This document shows, in pieces, positions 6,692 to 11,674 of a DNA stretch of 11,674 nt (its first letter is position 1; every line of letters begins with the position of its first letter). The stretch is from NCBI GenBank assembly GCA_046570105.1, contig JBKHVI010000072.1, positions 1-11,674 of the forward strand, read 5' to 3'. The translations under genes were made by a program, and so were the position numbers. The stretch comes from Bacteriovoracia bacterium (GTDB lineage Bacteria; Bdellovibrionota; Bacteriovoracia; Bacteriovoracales; Bacteriovoracaceae). Under the pieces are notes generated by a model. It was not told where the DNA came from. It worked only from the letters and a program-made list of their open reading frames with translations, and did not search any database.

Positions 6692-7756
6692 ATGGCCCCA
6701 GTAAATTTCACCCCCAAAGATTTTGAGCTAAAGAGCTATGATTACGAGCTTCCGGCCGAATTAATTGCCGAAAGACCGGCCCCGGGCCGCTTAAATTCTC
6801 GTTTGATGGTGATTGATGACGAGAATGTTCAACACACCTCCTTCAAAGATCTCCTCTCATTTTTGCCCAAAAACGCCACTCTGGTGATGAATCAATCGCG
6901 GGTTTTTCCTTGTCGCTTGGTGGGTGCCAAACCCACGGGCGGAGAAGTGGAGGCGTTTGTGCTCTCGCTTGCTCCACGCGCGGGCCTTTATCAAGTGCTC
7001 TTGCGGGCCAGTGGGAAGCGCAAGATTGAAGAAGTTTTTCATTTCGGAGAGCTCTCTTTAAAGCTGGAAGAATTGGGTGAAGAAGGAACATTCTGGGTGA
7101 GACCCAATTTGCATCACGATGAATTTTTAAATTTATTAGAGCGTGATGCCGGTATTCCCATTCCGCCTTATATCCGTAACGGCAAAAGTGACGAGCAAGA
7201 CAAGCTCGATTACCAAACGGTGTATGCCAAAGAGTCTGGTTCTGTCGCGGCACCCACGGCGGGTTTGCATTTCACCCCGGAGCTTTTAGAAGAGCTAAAA
7301 AAGCACGGCCATGAAGTCGCCTTTGTCACTTTGCATGTGGGACTCGGCACTTTTAAACCGGTCAAGACGGAAGATATTCGTGCCCACTCCATGCACGCTG
7401 AGCGCTTTTATGTAGAAAAAGAAGAAGCCACCAAAATTCAAAAAAGTTTTGGTAATATCGTTGCGGTAGGAACCACCACGCTTAGAGTTTTAGAGAGTTC
7501 GTGGACGCCGGAAGGTTTTAAGTTTCCCACCAAAGATGCTCCCGGTGAGACACGTATTTTTCTTCACCCGGGCGTTGAAGTGAAAAGCATTCAAGGACTC
7601 ATCACCAATTTCCATCTGCCCGAGAGTTCGCTTTTAATGTTGGTGAGCAGTCTCTTAGGGCGTGAGAAGACCTTGGATTTATATAAGCTTGCGGTCAGAG
7701 AAAAATACCGCTTCTTCAGTTATGGGGATGCCATGCTGATTCGCCGCATGCTATAA
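6692..7756 (+). CDS. queA: S-adenosylmethionine:tRNA ribosyltransferase-isomerase
   Basis: YDYELPAELIA, PIPPYI, GSVAAPTAGLHF, TLHVGLGTF, AVGTT, TNFHLPESSL, YRFFSYGDAM; upstream of tgt. Confidence 0.98.
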   Translation: MAPVNFTPKDFELKSYDYELPAELIAERPAPGRLNSRLMVIDDENVQHTSFKDLLSFLPKNATLVMNQSRVFPCRLVGAKPTGGEVEAFVLSLAPRAGLYQVLLRASGKRKIEEVFHFGELSLKLEELGEEGTFWVRPNLHHDEFLNLLERDAGIPIPPYIRNGKSDEQDKLDYQTVYAKESGSVAAPTAGLHFTPELLEELKKHGHEVAFVTLHVGLGTFKPVKTEDIRAHSMHAERFYVEKEEATKIQKSFGNIVAVGTTTLRVLESSWTPEGFKFPTKDAPGETRIFLHPGVEVKSIQGLITNFHLPESSLLMLVSSLLGREKTLDLYKLAVREKYRFFSYGDAMLIRRML

Positions 7757-7765
7757 ATCGCCTCT

Positions 7766-8872
7766 ATGTTCACTCTTGAAGCCACTTCAGGCCAGGCACG
7801 TGCTGGCACCATTAAAACCGCTCATGGCGAAATAAAAACACCGATCTTTATGCCGGTGGGCACACGCGCATCAGTCAAAGGTTTGTGGCAAGAGGAGCTG
7901 GATGAGTTGGGTGCCCAAATTATTCTCGGCAACACCTATCATTTATTTTTGCGTCCTGGTCATGAGCTCATCGAGCGCATGGGTGGGCTGCATAAGTTTA
8001 TGACCTGGGATAAACCCATTCTCACTGACTCCGGTGGCTACCAAGTGTTCTCACTCGCTGATCTCAATAAACTCACTGAAGAGGGTGTGACTTTTCAATC
8101 CCATATTGATGGCACCAAACATTTGCTCACGCCTGAGAAATCCATGGAGATTCAGCGCGCCCTTGGAAGTGACATCGTCATGGCGTTTGATGAATGCCCG
8201 AAACTTCCTTCGACGCGAGAGGTACTGCAGCGGAGTCTGCAGCTCACATACAGATGGGCCAAGCGCTGCAAGACGGTAGAGCTTAAACCTCATCAGCATT
8301 TATTTGGAATCGTACAAGGCGGACTTGAGCTCGATCTTCGTCGTGAGAGTTTACAAGGTTTAAAAGAACTCGATTTCCCCGGCTACGCTCTCGGTGGTTT
8401 GTCTGTCGGAGAAAAAAACGAAGAGATGGTGGAGCTGTGTAAAGCTTTTGTGCCTGAGATGCCCACGGATAAGCCTCGCTATCTCATGGGTGTAGGAAAA
8501 CCGATTGATGTTTTGAATGGAATTAAAGCGGGCCTGGATATGTTTGATTGTGTACTGCCGACCAGAAATGCTCGCAATGGCCAATTTCTGACTCACGCAG
8601 GACCGCTTAATATTAAGAAAGCGCGCTTTGTGGAAGACCCTCTACCGCCAGATCCTCAGTGTGATTGTCGCGTCTGTCGTCGCTATTCGCGCTCATATAT
8701 ACGTCATTTGTTTAATGTGGGTGAATATCTTGCGGGGCAGCTCATAACTTTTCATAATCTGTATTTTTATATGCAAATGGTAAAAAACGCGCGGGCAGCA
8801 ATAATCGCCGGAAATTTTGACGATTATTACCAGACGTTTTATAACCACTACACCTCAAACCAGTGGGAGTAA
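7766..8872 (+). CDS. tgt: tRNA-guanine(34) transglycosylase
   Basis: TPIFMPVGT, LGNTYHL, TDSGGYQVFSL, FDEC, GIVQGG, GGLSVGE, DCVLPTR, Zn site CDCRVC...H. Confidence 0.98.
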   Translation: MFTLEATSGQARAGTIKTAHGEIKTPIFMPVGTRASVKGLWQEELDELGAQIILGNTYHLFLRPGHELIERMGGLHKFMTWDKPILTDSGGYQVFSLADLNKLTEEGVTFQSHIDGTKHLLTPEKSMEIQRALGSDIVMAFDECPKLPSTREVLQRSLQLTYRWAKRCKTVELKPHQHLFGIVQGGLELDLRRESLQGLKELDFPGYALGGLSVGEKNEEMVELCKAFVPEMPTDKPRYLMGVGKPIDVLNGIKAGLDMFDCVLPTRNARNGQFLTHAGPLNIKKARFVEDPLPPDPQCDCRVCRRYSRSYIRHLFNVGEYLAGQLITFHNLYFYMQMVKNARAAIIAGNFDDYYQTFYNHYTSNQWE

Positions 8873-8875
8873 CAC

Positions 8876-9208
8876 ATGGATTTTTTGATTTCTAACGCAT
8901 ACGCACAAGCGGCCGGAGCACCAGCTCAAAGTCCCTTGATGTCGATGATTCCTTTCGTTCTCGTTTTCGTCGTCATGTATTTTTTCATGATTCGCCCACA
9001 GAAAAAGAAACTTCAAGAAGAGCAGAGCTTCTTGAGCAAACTTGCTCACGGTGAAGAAGTATTCACGAAGTCAGGCATCCTCGGAAAGATCACTGGTATC
9101 ACTGAGAAAGTGGTGACTTTGGAGCTTGAGGGCGGCACAAAAATGAAAGTACTTAAGAGCCATATCGGTGGTTCTTCTAAGGTGCTTCTTGCTGAAGGTA
9201 CAAAGTAA
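8876..9208 (+). CDS. yajC: Preprotein translocase subunit YajC
   Basis: TM followed by YFFMIRPQKKK and GEEVFTKSGILGKI; position after tgt. Confidence 0.96.
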   Translation: MDFLISNAYAQAAGAPAQSPLMSMIPFVLVFVVMYFFMIRPQKKKLQEEQSFLSKLAHGEEVFTKSGILGKITGITEKVVTLELEGGTKMKVLKSHIGGSSKVLLAEGTK

Positions 9209-9507
9209 TGTTTGGTTTGGGGTTCGGTGAATTATTAGTCATTCTTTTGATTGCGCTGATTTTCATCGGCCCCAAAAAATTACCTGAACTCGCTAAGGGT
9301 TTAGGCAAAGGTCTCAGAGAATTTCAAAACGCCACCAAGGGTTTTTCTGAGCAGTTCGATCAAGCAAAGCGTGAGATCACTGACGCAGTTCACACTGACC
9401 ATTCAGTCGATCAGTCAGCGGAAACAAAAACTGAAGAAGTGGTTTCTGACTCACAGTCACATAATGATGACACCACGAAACCTCTCTCAAAACAGGGAAT
9501 TTCCTAG
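9208..9507 (+). CDS. tatA: Twin-arginine translocase TatA/TatB/TatE-family subunit
   Basis: MFGLGFGELLVILLIALIFIGPKKLPELAKGLGKGLREF: short TM, GP hinge, amphipathic helix, acidic tail; TAATG overlap with yajC. TatA versus TatB not resolved. Confidence 0.9.
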   Translation: MFGLGFGELLVILLIALIFIGPKKLPELAKGLGKGLREFQNATKGFSEQFDQAKREITDAVHTDHSVDQSAETKTEEVVSDSQSHNDDTTKPLSKQGIS

Positions 9508-9535
9508 CGAGGAAGGGCCTATTGATTTATCCTTT

Positions 9536-9561
9536 TCCCAGATAATTTTTTATTCTGGGAG
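9536..9561 (+). promoter_or_regulatory. Hairpin sequestering the secD Shine-Dalgarno
   Basis: TCCCAGA(9536-9542)-TAATTTTTTAT-TCTGGGA(9554-9560); SD GGGAG 9557-9561; ATG at 9567. Confidence 0.6.
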
Positions 9562-9566
9562 TACGC

Positions 9567-11264
9567 ATGGCCCGTAATTGGTGGATCCGTTTAGTTTTCT
9601 TCAAAATTCTTCTCGCTGTATCAGTGATCTCATTGGTTCCAAGTCTTACCGGCATGGATCCAAAAAAATGGATCATCGAAAAGAAAATCAATCTTGGACT
9701 CGATTTGCAGGGGGGCCTTTATATGGTTCTCGGCATCGACTTCAATAAAGTCTACCGTGATGAATTGATCACTTCAGTTCGTAAGGCCGATCCGTTTCTT
9801 CGTCAAGAAGGTGCGATGTCAGCGAGCTTTGGTGAACTTGATGTGAAAGATCCTGCGGATCCGAAGCAGACTTTGATCATTGAAGGGGATTACGCTACGG
9901 CGATTGATAAGCTTAAAACTTATTACGGCTATTCTTTGCGTATCGTTAAAGAAGAAGGTCAGTCTGTGACGTTTGGTCTCTCGCGCGATTATCTTCGCGA
10001 GATGGAAGCCACCGCAGTTGAGCGCTCAATCGAAGTTATTCGTAACCGTATTGATGAATTCGGTGTGACTGAGCCTGAGATCATGTCGCAAGGCCAAGAC
10101 CGTATCGTGGTTCAACTTCCAGGTGTAAAAGACATCACCCGCGCTAAAGACCTTATCGGTCGTACCGCTAAACTTGAATTCCGTTTTGTGAACAGCACGG
10201 TTCCGCAAGCTCAACTCGAAGAGTGGGTGAATAAGGCGACAGCTGCGGGTGTGAAATACGAGAAAGGCCAGCGCTTCTCTGAGTACACTGACAAACTCAA
10301 TGCTTATTTGAAAAATGATCTGCCGAAAGGTTATTTGCTGTTCTTCCAAAAAGAAACCAGCAAGGTGACTAACGAGATCACTCTCATGCAGCCGTATCTG
10401 TTGGAAGAGATTTCACCTTTGGGTGGTGATGCTCTTCAAGAAGCGGTCGTTCGTATTGATCAACAACAAAACCGTCCGTACGTTGGCATTGATTTCAAAG
10501 CTGACGGCGCACGTGTCTTTGAAGATATCACGGGTAAAAACGTCGGTCGCTTGATGGCGATCGTCCTTGATGGCAACGTCTTCTCAGCTCCACAGATTAA
10601 CGAGAAGATCGCCGGTGGTTCAGCGCAGATTACTCTCGGTGCTGGTGATTACAATTCACTCCTAGGTGAAGCGCGTGACTTGGCCCTCGTTCTTCGTGCC
10701 GGTGCTCTGCCAGTAGAACTTGAATTCCAAGAGCAACGTGTGGTGGGTCCATCTCTTGGTGCGGACGCCATTCAAAAAGCCGAAGTGGCCGGTGCGATTG
10801 GTGCTCTTCTGGTCTTTATCTTTGTTATTTTCTATTACAAGGTGGCAGGTGCGATTGCCTGTGTAACGATTATTTCCAACGTAATTTTGGGCATGACAGC
10901 TTTGATGGCGTTAGGCGCTACGCTAACTCTGCCTGGAATCGCCGGTATCGCTCTTACGATTGGTATGGCGGTCGACGGTAACATCATCATCTACGAGCGT
11001 ATTAAAGAAGAACTCGCCAAAGGTGTAGTGGCGAAAGAAGCTGTCGCTATCGGGTTCAACAAGGCCTTCTGGACAATTCTTGATGCCAACTTAACCACAG
11101 CGCTCGCGGGTCTGTGTTTGTTGAATTTCGGAACCGGTCCGGTGCGCGGCTTTGCCGTCACACTTTTGATTGGTATCGCTTCAACTGTTTATACTTCTTA
11201 TTTTGTGACTAAACTGATGTTTGACTGGTACGTGCGTAACAACCGTCAAACTGTCAGCATTTAA
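9567..11264 (+). CDS. secD: Protein translocase subunit SecD
   Basis: NLGLDLQGG, IRNRIDEFGVTEP, RIVVQLPG, LRAGALP, VGPSLG, TLTLPGIAGIALTIGMAVDGNIIIYERIKEE, GPVRGFAVTL. Confidence 0.99.
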   Translation: MARNWWIRLVFFKILLAVSVISLVPSLTGMDPKKWIIEKKINLGLDLQGGLYMVLGIDFNKVYRDELITSVRKADPFLRQEGAMSASFGELDVKDPADPKQTLIIEGDYATAIDKLKTYYGYSLRIVKEEGQSVTFGLSRDYLREMEATAVERSIEVIRNRIDEFGVTEPEIMSQGQDRIVVQLPGVKDITRAKDLIGRTAKLEFRFVNSTVPQAQLEEWVNKATAAGVKYEKGQRFSEYTDKLNAYLKNDLPKGYLLFFQKETSKVTNEITLMQPYLLEEISPLGGDALQEAVVRIDQQQNRPYVGIDFKADGARVFEDITGKNVGRLMAIVLDGNVFSAPQINEKIAGGSAQITLGAGDYNSLLGEARDLALVLRAGALPVELEFQEQRVVGPSLGADAIQKAEVAGAIGALLVFIFVIFYYKVAGAIACVTIISNVILGMTALMALGATLTLPGIAGIALTIGMAVDGNIIIYERIKEELAKGVVAKEAVAIGFNKAFWTILDANLTTALAGLCLLNFGTGPVRGFAVTLLIGIASTVYTSYFVTKLMFDWYVRNNRQTVSI

Positions 11265-11275
11265 GGATGACTACT

Positions 11276-11674
11276 ATGAGCAAAGCAAAAATGAATATCG
11301 ATTATGTCAGCATGTTTAAAATCTGCATCGTCGCCTCGTTGGTGATGGTGGGAGTTTTTATCGCTGTGTTCTTTCAAAAAGGTTTGAACTACGGAGTTGA
11401 TTTCCGTGGGGGGGCCGAGATTCAAGTGCGTTTCACGGATGCACTCGATACCTCAGCATTGCGCCAGTCACTTGAAGCGGCCAATGTACCTATTTCAAGC
11501 GTGCAGGCGATTGGTGATGATAACCGTGAAGTGCTTTTGAAAGTTCAAAGTGAGAAGGATGATTTAAACCAAGCCTCAGCAGCGGTGGGAACAGTTCTCT
11601 CGCAAAAGTACGGCGAAGGGAAATTTGAAATCTTAAAGAACGACATCGTGGGTCCCAAAGCGGGTGCTCAGCTT
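11276..11674 (+). CDS. secF: Protein translocase subunit SecF (5' part, truncated by window end)
   Basis: Translated by hand: MSKAKMNIDYVSMFKICIVASLVMVGVFIAVFFQKGLNYGVDFRGGAEIQVRF...NDIVGPKAGAQL; SD AAGGA overlaps the secD stop; an in-frame ATG at 11267 lacks SD spacing. Confidence 0.96.
   Translation, partial: MSKAKMNIDYVSMFKICIVASLVMVGVFIAVFFQKGLNYGVDFRGGAEIQVRFTDALDTSALRQSLEAANVPISSVQAIGDDNREVLLKVQSEKDDLNQASAAVGTVLSQKYGEGKFEILKNDIVGPKAGAQL

Noticed and set aside
7766..8872. TGT as a queuine-salvage or DNA-modifying (DpdA) variant
   Set aside because: FDEC Cys and GGLSVGE Val match canonical preQ1-inserting bacterial TGT, and it sits beside queA.
9371..9577. 68-aa alternate-frame ORF crossing the secD hairpin and ending HGP-stop (possible arrest peptide)
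   Set aside because: GTG start without SD, no targeting signal, overlaps tat, and HGP-stop is simply the secD start (c ATG GCC CGT AA) read in another frame.
3816..10349. Remaining minus-strand ORFs inside parA, the 83-aa gene, queA, tgt, yajC and secD
   Set aside because: Antisense to well-supported genes with no independent coding evidence.

Overview
Bacterial chromosomal window; a Bdellovibrionota/deltaproteobacterial-like origin is inferred from gene content and promoter style, not proven. Left third: the 5' part (>=1178 codons, runs off the left edge and is absent from the ORF track) of a giant minus-strand lipoprotein built from tandem Ig/cadherin-like modules, preceded by a sigma28-like promoter inside a 39-bp dyad. 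Middle: an orphan ParA ATPase coupled to an 83-aa amphipathic protein; a divergent cassette of a DUF1640/CCDC90-like coiled-coil gene with a 33-bp tandem repeat and a RAYT-like HUH/Y1 nuclease without visible REPs; then a small secreted hypothetical. Right half: queA-tgt-yajC-secD-secF, with a tatA/B-family gene inserted between yajC and secD and a hairpin covering the secD Shine-Dalgarno. Best leads: the ParA/83-aa pair, the REP-less RAYT cassette, and the tat-secD junction.
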